Shown here piece after piece: positions 9,375-18,718 of a stretch of 42,666 bases of DNA. Source of the DNA: Bdellovibrionales bacterium. Lineage in GTDB: Bacteria; Bdellovibrionota; Bdellovibrionia; Bdellovibrionales; JAGQZY01. The notes under the pieces were generated by a model. That model did no database searches, was not told where the DNA came from, and worked only from the letters and a program-made list of their open reading frames with translations. A program made the translations under genes and the position numbers. The stretch spans positions 1-42,666 of the forward strand of contig JANPLN010000020.1 in the NCBI GenBank assembly GCA_031426555.1, written 5' to 3'. Numbering within the stretch: position 1 is the stretch's first letter; each line of letters opens with the position of its first letter.

Positions 9375-9455
9375 GTACCAAGTACCTTTTCCGGCGATAT
9401 ACTGCAGCTCATCTGCGGTATATGCGCGGAAAAGGTACTTGGTACCTAACGGGGT
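9371..9455. repeat. REPIN/MITE-like palindromic element, copy 2 (inverted relative to copy 1)
   Basis: TTAGGTACCAAGTACCTTTTCCG, 33-nt spacer, CGGAAAAGGTACTTGGTACCTAA. The reverse-complemented spacer matches the copy 1 spacer at 25/33 positions. Confidence 0.9.
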
Positions 9456-12121
9456 AACGAGGCTTTGACGATTTCGAGGGCGAGTTTTGCGTCGAATTTT
9501 TCGAAAGAACCTTGTGCATAGTCGGGGCGGCCGCCGCCCTTGCCGCCAAACTTTTGTGTGAGCTCTTTTGCAATATTGCCGCAAACCACTGACTTGAGGG
9601 CCTTGTTGCAAGCGATCAAGAAAGGTCTTTGCTCTCCTGCACCCACAACCACCACCACCAAGTTTTGTGCACGGTCGCGGAGCTTGTCGACGATGTCACT
9701 GAGAACACCGCGATCTTCCACGTCAAAAGTTTCGACGAGCAATTTTAATTCCCCGGCGGCAGTCGCATGGGGAACGGCTTTGGCGATAATGCTGTCAAAA
9801 TCCACGCTTTTACTTTGTAAGTTTTGAATTTGTTTTTTGAATTGTGAAGCTTGCTCTTGAGACTGTTCGATCCATGAAGCCACAGTAGAGCCTTCATTTT
9901 CCAAATAAGAATCCCAGGCCGTGGGCAGACTGAGGTCTTTGCGAGCGCGTAAGTTTTCCGCAGCATGCTTTTTAAGATAAGCCATAGCTGTTCTTCCTGT
10001 GAGCGCTTCGATACGCCGAACGCCTGCGCTCACCGAAGATTCGCTGACCACTAAAAACAATCCAATCTCGCTGGTGTTTTGCACGTGGGTGCCACCGCAG
10101 AGTTCCTTTGAAAAATCGCCTATGGAAAGCACGCGCACGCTGTCTCCGTATTTTTCGCCAAACATAGCGACAGCGCCGTTCTTAACCGCGTCTTTGTAGG
10201 ATTGGTTTTCCGATTGAGTGGTAACGCTTTGATAAATCTGTTCGTTCACCAGCTCTTCCACTTCGGCAAGCTGAACAGCGGTTACCGCCGCGTTGTGATT
10301 AAAATCAAAGCGCAGTTTTTCGGGGCCCACTTGCGAACCCGCTTGGCCCACTTTTTCGCCCAGAACTTTTTTAAGAGCGGCATGCAAAAGGTGAGTAGCA
10401 GAGTGATTGCGAGCGGTGTCTCGGCGCAACGAGGAAAGCACATTCACGTTGTAAGATTTGTCGAGTTGCAGTTTTCCACTCTTCACAGTGACGTGATGCA
10501 AATGCAGCTCGTTCATTTTGGTGGTGTCGTAAACTTCGAGCACGGTGTTGCCATCGGTGATTTCACCCTGGTCTCCAGATTGACCGCCGCCCTCTGCGTA
10601 AAATGGAGTTTCGGCAAAAATCAAAATACCAGATTGGCCTTCGGCGAGTTCGTTAACACTCTTTGCACCGTCACTGAGAGCGAGAGGCTTTTGCTGAACG
10701 CTGCTCAACCCTGTATAGCCAACAAACTTTTGCGATCCATTGGCCGCAGAAATTTTTTGTGTCCACTCCAGCAAATGTTGATCATTGGCGGTAAGGGCAT
10801 GGGACTTTCGCGCTTGTTTGGCTTTTTGGCGGGCTTTTTGGAATTCCGATTCAAAATCCTTTACAGCCACTTGAAAGTTGTTTTCGCGGGCGATCACTTG
10901 CGTGAGATCTAGCGGAAAACCAAAAGTGTCGTACAGTTTAAAGGCCATTTTACCGTCGATGGTATTTTGCCCCTTAGCTCCCAGCTGGCGCAAATGCTCT
11001 TCGAGAATATGCGTTCCCTGAACAAGCGTGCTCAAAAACTTTTGCGTCTCGGCTTCGACGGCGGCAATAATAGCTGCGCGCTGGGTTTGCAAGGCGGGAT
11101 AGTAAGGCGCCATCTCGTGAGTCACCACCGAGCAAACATCGCGAAACAGGTTGGGTTGCGTGGAAAGCTTTTGCGCATAACGAATCGCCCGGCGCATGAT
11201 TCGGCGGAGCACATAGCCGCGCCCCTCATTACTTGGAAACACACCATCGGCCATTAAAAAGCTGGCTGCTCGGGCGTGATCGGCAATGACTTTATAAGTG
11301 GCTTTGAGCTCTGGGCTGGACTGCCAGTCGGAAAACTGTTTGCCAGAAATCTCACAGGCTTTTTTAATCAGCGGCGTAAACAAATCGGTTTCGTAATTAT
11401 CAGCGACTCCTTGCAGAGCAGCGGCAATGCGCTCAAGGCCCGCACCCGTATCCACCGAGGGTTTTGGCAGCGGCTTTAAGCCAGTGCCGTCTTCGAAAAA
11501 TTGCATAAAGACCAAATTCCAAATTTCCACGTAGCGATTGTCGTCTTCGCCGAATTTAGCGTTGGGATTGACCCCCGCTTTGGGTCCGTGATCGTAAAAA
11601 ATCTCGGAGCACGGTCCGCAAGGCCCAGTGTCGCCCATGCGCCAGAAATTGTCTTTTTCGCCCAGACGATGAATGCGATCGCGAGGAACGCCTTCCTGAT
11701 TGTGCCAAATGTCTGAGGCTTCATCGTCAGTTTCAAAAACCGTGACGTAAAGTTTTTCTTTGGGAATCCCAATTTTGTTGGTGAGAAGGTCCCAGGCAAA
11801 ATGAATCGCATCTTTTTTAAAATAATCACCAAACGAAAAATTACCCAGCATTTCAAAAAACGTATGATGGCGAGTGGTATAACCGACGTTTTCCAGATCG
11901 TTGTGTTTGCCGCCGGCGCGAACACATTTTTGAATGGTCACCGCACGATTGAAAGCGAGGGACTCAGAACCTAAAAACACATTTTTAAATTGATTCATTC
12001 CCGCATTGGTAAACAACAGAGTGGGATCGTTGTGGGGAATAAGACTAGAGCTGTCGACAACTTTATGGCCGTGGCCTTCAAAGTACCCATTAAATGCTTT
12101 GCGAACGTCCTGATGCTTCAT
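9446..12121 (-). CDS. alaS: Alanine--tRNA ligase
   Basis: DPTLLFTNAGMNQFK, RHHTFFEMLGNFSFGDYFK, NHSATHLLH, ELCGGTHV, GGKGGGRPDYAQG. Confidence 0.98.
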   Translation of the reverse strand: MKHQDVRKAFNGYFEGHGHKVVDSSSLIPHNDPTLLFTNAGMNQFKNVFLGSESLAFNRAVTIQKCVRAGGKHNDLENVGYTTRHHTFFEMLGNFSFGDYFKKDAIHFAWDLLTNKIGIPKEKLYVTVFETDDEASDIWHNQEGVPRDRIHRLGEKDNFWRMGDTGPCGPCSEIFYDHGPKAGVNPNAKFGEDDNRYVEIWNLVFMQFFEDGTGLKPLPKPSVDTGAGLERIAAALQGVADNYETDLFTPLIKKACEISGKQFSDWQSSPELKATYKVIADHARAASFLMADGVFPSNEGRGYVLRRIMRRAIRYAQKLSTQPNLFRDVCSVVTHEMAPYYPALQTQRAAIIAAVEAETQKFLSTLVQGTHILEEHLRQLGAKGQNTIDGKMAFKLYDTFGFPLDLTQVIARENNFQVAVKDFESEFQKARQKAKQARKSHALTANDQHLLEWTQKISAANGSQKFVGYTGLSSVQQKPLALSDGAKSVNELAEGQSGILIFAETPFYAEGGGQSGDQGEITDGNTVLEVYDTTKMNELHLHHVTVKSGKLQLDKSYNVNVLSSLRRDTARNHSATHLLHAALKKVLGEKVGQAGSQVGPEKLRFDFNHNAAVTAVQLAEVEELVNEQIYQSVTTQSENQSYKDAVKNGAVAMFGEKYGDSVRVLSIGDFSKELCGGTHVQNTSEIGLFLVVSESSVSAGVRRIEALTGRTAMAYLKKHAAENLRARKDLSLPTAWDSYLENEGSTVASWIEQSQEQASQFKKQIQNLQSKSVDFDSIIAKAVPHATAAGELKLLVETFDVEDRGVLSDIVDKLRDRAQNLVVVVVGAGEQRPFLIACNKALKSVVCGNIAKELTQKFGGKGGGRPDYAQGSFEKFDAKLALEIVKASLPR

Positions 12122-12570
12122 TGACCAACCTTTGGCTGGATCGTGATCTTTTGGATCACGATCTGTATTGTCTCTTCGTCGAATCCGCGATTGTGCAGAA
12201 AGACCATGATCTGTTTTTTATCGACAGTTGAGGGGTTTGACAACGGAGAAAAGCGGCCGCCCAGGGCAGATAAGGCCTTTTCTAACTCGCGATCTGCATC
12301 GCGCGGTACAGGTGGGAGTTCCTTCTGCTGCAAGTAGTGCGAAATGTAGTCGTGACTCTTCTTTTTTCGATGCAGCTCCTCCGCCACTTTCTCGGAAAGC
12401 GCTTGCGGAGGTAACACCCAGCCCGACGCCTCGGAGTGGTCCAGAGCGGCTTCGATGTCTTCTGGCGAAAATTCATAACGCGATAGTTTTAAGCGCAGTT
12501 CGCTGCGCGAGTGGTCGCGAATGGCCAACAGGTCCATGGCCTTTTTAATCGCCTCGTTGAGTGTGTTCAT
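12118..12570 (-). CDS. recX: Regulatory protein RecX
   Basis: AMDLLAIRDHSRSELRLKL and FLHNRGF; directly upstream of alaS with ATGA overlap. Confidence 0.85.
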   Translation of the reverse strand: MNTLNEAIKKAMDLLAIRDHSRSELRLKLSRYEFSPEDIEAALDHSEASGWVLPPQALSEKVAEELHRKKKSHDYISHYLQQKELPPVPRDADRELEKALSALGGRFSPLSNPSTVDKKQIMVFLHNRGFDEETIQIVIQKITIQPKVGQ

Positions 12571-13769
12571 TTTTTATTTTTTTTCACATCGAGCTGCAAA
12601 TTGGATTGCTCATTGCTCCATTTACTTTTTGGATGGCCATCGCCGCGATCTTCGTTCCAGTCCGAGGACACTCCCGACTGAATTCCTTTGAGCTTAAGAA
12701 AAAAGTTATCGGGATTGGTCGCATACTTTAGCGCTTCATCCACGTTGATCAAACCCTTGGTCACTAAGCGCATCAAACTTTGATCAAAGGACTGCATTCC
12801 CGATTCTTTGGCACTGGTGGCGAGAGCGTCGGTGATTTGATTTGTTTTATTGGGATCTTCGATGAGCTCTTTGATTCTCTGATTGTTCACCAAAATTTCC
12901 AGTGCAGGAATCATTCCCGTTCCATCTTTGCGCAAAATCAACCGCTGCGAAATAATCGCACGGAGAACGCCCGCTAATTGCCGGCGGATCTGATCCTGTT
13001 GATGGGGAGGGAACAAACCAATGATTCGATTGATGGTTTCCTGCGCGTCCAGTGTGTGCATGGTGGAAAACACCAAATGTCCTGTTTCGGCCGCCAAAAC
13101 GGCAGTCTCGGTGGTCTCTTTGTCGCGCATTTCGCCCACCAGAATCACATCGGGATCTTGGCGCAATGAGGCGCGCAGGGCCGAGGCAAAGGAATGCATG
13201 TCGGCACCCAGCTCGCGCTGCGAAATAATACTTTTACGATCGCGAATCAGATATTCAATGGGATCTTCCAGCGTCACAATGTGCGAATGATGGTGGAGAT
13301 TGATGTGGTTGATCATGGACGCCAACGTGGTGGACTTTCCCGAGCCAGTCACTCCTGTTACTAAAATCAATCCGCGCTCCGACTCTGCGAGCTTCTTAAT
13401 TACGGAGGGCAATTGCAATTCGTCAAACGGCGGAATGGTTTGGTTGATCAAGCGAATCACAAAGCGGGTGGAGTTGCGTTGGCGAAAGGCATTCACACGA
13501 AAGCGCGCCACGTCTTTTATTTCGTAACTCTTGTCGAGTTCAAAATCCACAGCCAGAGCTTTGATTTCGTCCGGTGTGAGAGCTTCGCGAACAATTTTTT
13601 CCATTTGCTCAGCCATGATCGGAAAAGCTTGCTGATTGAGCGGGCGAAGAACTCCCAGCTTACGCACCACAGGAACAACACCAACCTTCAAGTGAACGTC
13701 GCTGGCGCCAAGCTCTGCGGCTTGCCGTAAAATTTCGTCGTAGCTGATATTGTTAAGTGTTGTCGTCAT
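12567..13769 (-). CDS. pilT: PilT/PilU-family type IV pilus retraction-like ATPase
   Basis: ASDVHL, RFRVNAF, GVTGSGKST, EDPIE, LRQDPDVILVGEMRD, AETGHLVFSTMHT, GMQSFDQSL. The AIRNLIRE motif reads RIKELIED, so this may be a paralog. Start set to ATG 13769. Confidence 0.85.
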   Translation of the reverse strand: MTTTLNNISYDEILRQAAELGASDVHLKVGVVPVVRKLGVLRPLNQQAFPIMAEQMEKIVREALTPDEIKALAVDFELDKSYEIKDVARFRVNAFRQRNSTRFVIRLINQTIPPFDELQLPSVIKKLAESERGLILVTGVTGSGKSTTLASMINHINLHHHSHIVTLEDPIEYLIRDRKSIISQRELGADMHSFASALRASLRQDPDVILVGEMRDKETTETAVLAAETGHLVFSTMHTLDAQETINRIIGLFPPHQQDQIRRQLAGVLRAIISQRLILRKDGTGMIPALEILVNNQRIKELIEDPNKTNQITDALATSAKESGMQSFDQSLMRLVTKGLINVDEALKYATNPDNFFLKLKGIQSGVSSDWNEDRGDGHPKSKWSNEQSNLQLDVKKNKK

Positions 13770-13817
13770 CTTTTGTTTGTACAATTATCGGGTGTGAGTT
13801 CAAAAAAGGGGAGTTCT

Positions 13818-14309
13818 TTGTCTAAGAATCCGACACAAAGCACTATACAGCAACAAATCATTTCGCTTTTTGTGAAGGGGTTCGGCACAGGTTTGAGTCC
13901 CTGGATGCCTGGAACCTGCGGAAGCCTCTTGGCTCTGCTGTTTGTCTATATAGTAGGCACGTCGCACCTTACGCTGGCTCTACAAATTTGTTTCGCCGCA
14001 GCCTTCACGCTTCTCAGTTGGTTTTTGATTTCTCTTTACGAAGCGCAGACCCACAAACACGATGACTCCCAAGTGGTGATTGATGAATTTGCGGGCATAT
14101 TCATCACGTTTATTGGTGTTGCTCCAGCGGGGCTTAATTTACTGGCAGGTTTTATTTTGTTTCGAGTTTTAGATATCTTTAAACCTTTTCCCATTGGCTG
14201 GATCGACAAAAATTTACCGGGAGCTGCTGGCACATTGTTGGACGACGTGGTGGCCGGGGTTGTGGCCTGCGGTTTGCTGCATATTATTGTTCAACAGGCA
14301 TGGTTATGA
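13818..14309 (+). CDS. pgpA: Phosphatidylglycerophosphatase A
   Basis: GTGLSPWMPGTCGS, HDDSQVVIDE, FRVLDIFKPFPI, LLDDVVAG. Start set to TTG 13818 after AAGGGGAG. Confidence 0.92.
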   Translation: MSKNPTQSTIQQQIISLFVKGFGTGLSPWMPGTCGSLLALLFVYIVGTSHLTLALQICFAAAFTLLSWFLISLYEAQTHKHDDSQVVIDEFAGIFITFIGVAPAGLNLLAGFILFRVLDIFKPFPIGWIDKNLPGAAGTLLDDVVAGVVACGLLHIIVQQAWL

Positions 14310-14782
14310 TTTCAGAACTGCAAAATCTTTTGCAATCTCGCGGACAAACATTGGCCTTTGCAGAAAGTTGCACCGGCGGTTTAGTTTCGGCCACCTTGAC
14401 ACAATATCCCGGTGTCTCATCTTTTTATTTGGGCTCGGTTATTTCCTATTCCAATGAACTGAAAAAAAATATTTTGCATGTTTCAGAGTCATTGCTGCGC
14501 ACTGTTGGCGCGGTGAGTTCGCCAGTCGCATTAGAAATGGCACGGGGCCTAAAAGCCTTGACTGGAGCGGACTGGACGGTCAGCATAACGGGGATTGCGG
14601 GTCCGGCTGGTGGGACAAAAGACAAGCCTGTGGGCACAGTTTACTTCGCGGTGTGTGGCCCAGGATTTGAAATGTCTCAAAGAAAAATTTTTCCTGGCAA
14701 CCGCCAGCAGATTCAGGAGACCGCAATGAAATATTCATTTGAACTATTAACAAAATCTCTCAAGGGGGAACCATGGACATGA
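14300..14782 (+). CDS. cinA: CinA C-terminal domain protein (PncC, NMN deamidase)
   Basis: [37 protein letters not shown]; located between pgpA and recA. Confidence 0.9.
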   Translation: MVMISELQNLLQSRGQTLAFAESCTGGLVSATLTQYPGVSSFYLGSVISYSNELKKNILHVSESLLRTVGAVSSPVALEMARGLKALTGADWTVSITGIAGPAGGTKDKPVGTVYFAVCGPGFEMSQRKIFPGNRQQIQETAMKYSFELLTKSLKGEPWT

Positions 14783-15912
14783 CAAAAAAGAACGAAAAAA
14801 ATAAAGCGCTGGAACTCGCAGTTTCATCTATCGAAAAACAATTCGGTAAAGGTGCAATCATGCGTTTGGGCTCCAACGAAAGTCTGCACGAAAACATCGC
14901 AGTGATTCCTTCAGGGGCTCTCAGTTTAGATCTTGCCCTCGGAATCGGCGGCTATCCTCGCGGACGTATCATTGAAATCTATGGGCCAGAAAGTTCTGGT
15001 AAAACCACTTTGGCTCTCACGGCCATTGCCGAAGCCCAAAAACAAGGTGGCGTTGCTGCGTTTGTTGATGCTGAGCACGCTTTGGATGTGAGCTACGCCC
15101 GTAAATTAGGCGTGAATACAGAAGATGTTCTTATTTCACAACCAGACACAGGTGAGCAAGCTCTTGAGATCGTTGAAACTCTTGTTCGCACCGGAGCCAT
15201 TGATATTTTAGTGGTGGATTCTGTGGCGGCGTTAACTCCGCGCGCAGAGATCGAAGGCGACATGGGCGACAGCCACATGGGTCTTCAGGCGCGTTTGATG
15301 TCACAAGCTCTTCGCAAACTGACAGCGGCCATCAACCGAAGTCAGTGCACAGTTGTTTTCATTAACCAAATTCGTATGAAAATTGGTGTGATGTTTGGAA
15401 ACCCAGAAACAACGACTGGTGGAAACGCTCTTAAGTTTTACTCGTCTGTTCGTTTGGATGTACGTCGCATTGGCGCCATTACGTCGGGCGAAGAAACTGT
15501 GGGTAACCGCACAGCTGTTAAAGTTGTTAAAAACAAAATGGCTCCGCCGTTTACAAAAGTGGAATTCGACATTATGTACGGTGAAGGCATTTCGGCTGAA
15601 GGCGATGTTTTGGATCTTGGTGTAAAATTTGAAATGGTCGAAAAGTCTGGCGCTTGGTACAGCATCAACGGCGAGCGCATGGGACAAGGTCGCGATGCTG
15701 CTAAGAACTTCTTAAAAGAGAATCCTAAAATTATGACAGAGATCCGCAATAAAATTTGCGCTCTCAAGGGAATTGCCCTGCAGAAGTTAACGGAAGAGCC
15801 AAAAGAAAAAGCCGACAAACAGCTCCCTGCTGCAAAAGAGGAAGCGAAGGCTGAGAAAAAGGCAACGACGGCGGCGCCCGCAAAAGGCCGACCAGCTCCG
15901 GCAAATCATTAA
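14773..15912 (+). CDS. recA: Recombinase A
   Basis: [54 protein letters not shown]. Confidence 0.99.
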   Translation: MDMTKKNEKNKALELAVSSIEKQFGKGAIMRLGSNESLHENIAVIPSGALSLDLALGIGGYPRGRIIEIYGPESSGKTTLALTAIAEAQKQGGVAAFVDAEHALDVSYARKLGVNTEDVLISQPDTGEQALEIVETLVRTGAIDILVVDSVAALTPRAEIEGDMGDSHMGLQARLMSQALRKLTAAINRSQCTVVFINQIRMKIGVMFGNPETTTGGNALKFYSSVRLDVRRIGAITSGEETVGNRTAVKVVKNKMAPPFTKVEFDIMYGEGISAEGDVLDLGVKFEMVEKSGAWYSINGERMGQGRDAAKNFLKENPKIMTEIRNKICALKGIALQKLTEEPKEKADKQLPAAKEEAKAEKKATTAAPAKGRPAPANH

Positions 15913-15925
15913 GCTAAAGTTTGAT

Positions 15926-15954
15926 CTCTCACATCGCAATGGTGTGGGAGTTTT
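15926..15954 (+). terminator. Probable intrinsic terminator after recA
   Basis: CTCTCACATC-GCAAT-GGTGTGGGAG stem (two G.U pairs) followed by TTTT. Confidence 0.6.
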
Positions 15955-16000
15955 AGGTCGACGAATTAATTTAATATCATAACAAATAAAAAAACCAATA

Positions 16001-17299
16001 TCATCGAACCTCCAAAACTCCACTTGGGGATGAAACTAGGCCAAAAAATACATCTGCACTGACCCAGCCTTTGCCCTTGTAGATTTTTTCAGGCTCGCGC
16101 GGTAAACCTTGAGGCTTATCTTTTCGTTCTCGATAAGCTGTGAGTGTTTGGATATTATTTTCGCGCGCCCATGCAGAGGCCACTGGCAAAGCCTCTTCAT
16201 AGGGTAGAATTTGGATAAGACGGGGAGAGGGGCGCAAGTCTCGTACTAAAAACTCGGCCCACGTTGTAAATTCGGGATAAACTCCTTTTGGATATGACGG
16301 AAAGTTGTAAGGACGTTCTGTCCAAGCTAAAAAGTCCGACTGGTTTTTTAAGCCGGCAGCGATGGCCACCTTTCTAGCGTCTTCAAAGCTGAGCCACTTC
16401 GAGCCCAATAAATGCTCCCAGCCTTTCCAGTCGTTGGCGTAGGCGATGTGGGGGTGGAGAGGAACTCCCGGAGGTTTTTCTGTTTCGACCCAGGCCATAA
16501 ATTCTTTGCGACGAACAAACTTTTTTCCTTTTACAAGTTTATAAAAATCGTCCCAAGGCATAGCCATGAAGTGGCGCCGAGGCTGCTTTTTAGGCGTCAT
16601 AAAAGTATAGGGAAGATTGATAAACTCTTCAGGCGAAACGAGTTTATGCCCGTCGAAGAACACAGTTTGATAGTTGGTGACTCGCTCCCTTTGCTGTAAA
16701 GAGGTTCCAGTGGAAACGGCATAAAGAATCGAGTTCGTTTGTAGTAAGAATTCGTCCAATTGCGGACGCGACAAAAACGTCACGAGTTCAGGTTTTTCGT
16801 CGAGATAAACTCCATCAAAAACAATTCCGGACACCTCAGAGAGATGCGCTAAAATATTTTTTAAGAAGGAATTGATAAGATTGGCTTCAACAAAGATCGT
16901 TGCTGATGGGGTATTTAAAAAAGCTAAAAAAATTCCGCGGTCGACATGATCAAGCATTTTAAAAACCGAAGTGCCGTTCGGCAGGTTTTTCCGAATATGA
17001 GATTCCTTTTTCCATTCAAAATTACTGTGTGAGGGAATAATGATAATTGAAAGGCCCGATCCCTCAGTGGACTTTTTCCGAGCACTTATAAGATTCAATA
17101 TTCTATCTAAATTTTTTGTGAGATTGGGAGCAACGTGAATAACTTTTTGTACACCCTCTGTTTCAAAAGCAGTCTTTAAACTGGTCGCGGTATCTGAATT
17201 TTTTGGAAAAATATTGAAACAGAATTGTGACGTCGCACAGGCGGCTAGGGGCTGAAAAGAAACAAAAATAACCGCTAGGATTAAAAAAGCTGATTGCAT
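16001..17299 (-). CDS. Putative secreted protein with three C-terminal integrase-repeat-like units
   Basis: Hydrophobic N-terminus; three ~50-aa repeats of pattern (F/Y)EEA...W...P..(L/F)P..P...Y...W..W..FLG. Confidence 0.7.
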   Translation of the reverse strand: MQSAFLILAVIFVSFQPLAACATSQFCFNIFPKNSDTATSLKTAFETEGVQKVIHVAPNLTKNLDRILNLISARKKSTEGSGLSIIIIPSHSNFEWKKESHIRKNLPNGTSVFKMLDHVDRGIFLAFLNTPSATIFVEANLINSFLKNILAHLSEVSGIVFDGVYLDEKPELVTFLSRPQLDEFLLQTNSILYAVSTGTSLQQRERVTNYQTVFFDGHKLVSPEEFINLPYTFMTPKKQPRRHFMAMPWDDFYKLVKGKKFVRRKEFMAWVETEKPPGVPLHPHIAYANDWKGWEHLLGSKWLSFEDARKVAIAAGLKNQSDFLAWTERPYNFPSYPKGVYPEFTTWAEFLVRDLRPSPRLIQILPYEEALPVASAWARENNIQTLTAYRERKDKPQGLPREPEKIYKGKGWVSADVFFGLVSSPSGVLEVR

Positions 17300-17409
17300 A
17301 GTGTTATGGACTTTAATTCATCCATCCCCCGAAGAGGTAGCGTATCATGTGCTTATAGAAAACTTTCAATTTGCAGCAAAAAGTGTTCAGTTTTTTGACA
17401 CTTTTGATT

Positions 17410-18582
17410 TCAAATTAAGGCGTGCAGTCGTTGAATGCAGTCTTCTCTATGACTGGTCTCTACCACAAAGGTCATATTCGTTGTGTCCTGCAGAGTTTTT
17501 AGTGGTGCAATGGGACTTATTGCCTTGAGGGATTTGTACAGCAGTTCCGAATTCACCGCTCCCTGGCACGTCAAAGTCACTGTAGAAAGCTTTTTTATGC
17601 CGCCAGAAAAGCCAAAGTCCTTTGCCATTTCGCCCACCTCGCCCACAAATAGTAGTTGCGTTGAACTTTGCTGCAACGACGCCGAAAGGATTTGCGGTTC
17701 TGGCAGAGACCGCTTCTGTGTTTGTTCGTGCAGCCAGTGGAGGGCTTGTGATACATCTTTGTTTTCAAACGTCCACTGGTACACATCTTTGTGGGAGTTG
17801 ATAGACAATATTTTTTGCAATTCAAGCATGCAATCTCCTGAGACTAAAGTGTGTTGGCTAGTTTGTTTTGCTCCCGCATCTTCAAAGTGCGAAAATCGCA
17901 AAGGCAGTTGTAGTACAAGGGCCAGCTCGGCCGCGCGGTAGTGCAAAAATTTGGCGCCCCAAAAAGTCATATCGAGAATATTTTTAAATGAAAGCTGGGG
18001 AAGATGTTTGGCGTTCGCGACAAGTTTAGGATCCGCCGAAAAAATTCCACCCACGTCTTTTTTAAATTCACACACGGGGCTTTTAAAATGCGAGGCCATC
18101 ACCACGGCAGTGGTGTCTGTCCCCCCGCGGCCCAAAGTGGTGATGTCTTTACTCACTTGCGACACGCCCTGAAAGCCCGCGAGGATGACGGTGTCGCCAT
18201 TTTTTAAATGCTCGGCGATGCGAAAAGGTCGCGCTTCTAAAATGCGGGCGTTGCCGTGTGCCGCATCAGTAATGATGCCCGCTTGGCTTCCCGTAAAACT
18301 AATCGCGTTCACGCCGAGCGATTGGAGGGCAAGACTCATCAAAGACATGGACGTGCGTTCGCCCACAGTGAGCAACATATCGAGTTCGCGTCGATGCGGT
18401 GAAGGACTTACCTTTTTAGCCAGTGCAATGAGTTCGTCGGTGGTTTTTCCCATGGCGCTGACCACGGCCAGGATCGGTTCAGGATATTTTTCTTTTTCTT
18501 TTTTTAAAAAGGCAGCCACGGCTTTGAGCTTGTCAATATCAGCCAGACTGGCCCCACCAAATTTATAGACTCTTACGGACAT
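17410..18582 (-). CDS. lysC: Aspartate kinase
   Basis: VYKFGGASL, VVSAMGKTTDEL, GFQG, TTLGRGGTDTTAV, DVGGIFSADP. Confidence 0.9.
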   Translation of the reverse strand: MSVRVYKFGGASLADIDKLKAVAAFLKKEKEKYPEPILAVVSAMGKTTDELIALAKKVSPSPHRRELDMLLTVGERTSMSLMSLALQSLGVNAISFTGSQAGIITDAAHGNARILEARPFRIAEHLKNGDTVILAGFQGVSQVSKDITTLGRGGTDTTAVVMASHFKSPVCEFKKDVGGIFSADPKLVANAKHLPQLSFKNILDMTFWGAKFLHYRAAELALVLQLPLRFSHFEDAGAKQTSQHTLVSGDCMLELQKILSINSHKDVYQWTFENKDVSQALHWLHEQTQKRSLPEPQILSASLQQSSTQLLFVGEVGEMAKDFGFSGGIKKLSTVTLTCQGAVNSELLYKSLKAISPIAPLKTLQDTTNMTFVVETSHREDCIQRLHALI

Positions 18583-18718
18583 AACTCAAGTTACCTGACT
18601 AGACAGTGTGGAGTCAAATAGGTCGAGTTTCCAAACATTTGTCGAGGACCCAGTTTTCATTCAAAACCTGTCTGTGACAGAATAGAACTCTGGGAAAAAG
18701 CCCCATCGAAGGAGTTCC

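Noticed and set aside
9351..9611. 86-aa minus-strand ORF overlapping the alaS end
   Set aside because: Alternate frame of alaS running through the palindromic element; no independent evidence.
10202..10912. Long antisense/alternate-frame ORFs (e.g. 236 aa opposite alaS, and others in the ORF track)
   Set aside because: They are shadows of well-supported genes with no motifs or RBS support.
18583..18718. Lysine riboswitch upstream of aspartokinase
   Set aside because: The region is too short, shared with a divergent gene, and a promoter-like sequence abuts the ATG; an imperfect stem near 18649-18694 matches no family I recognise.
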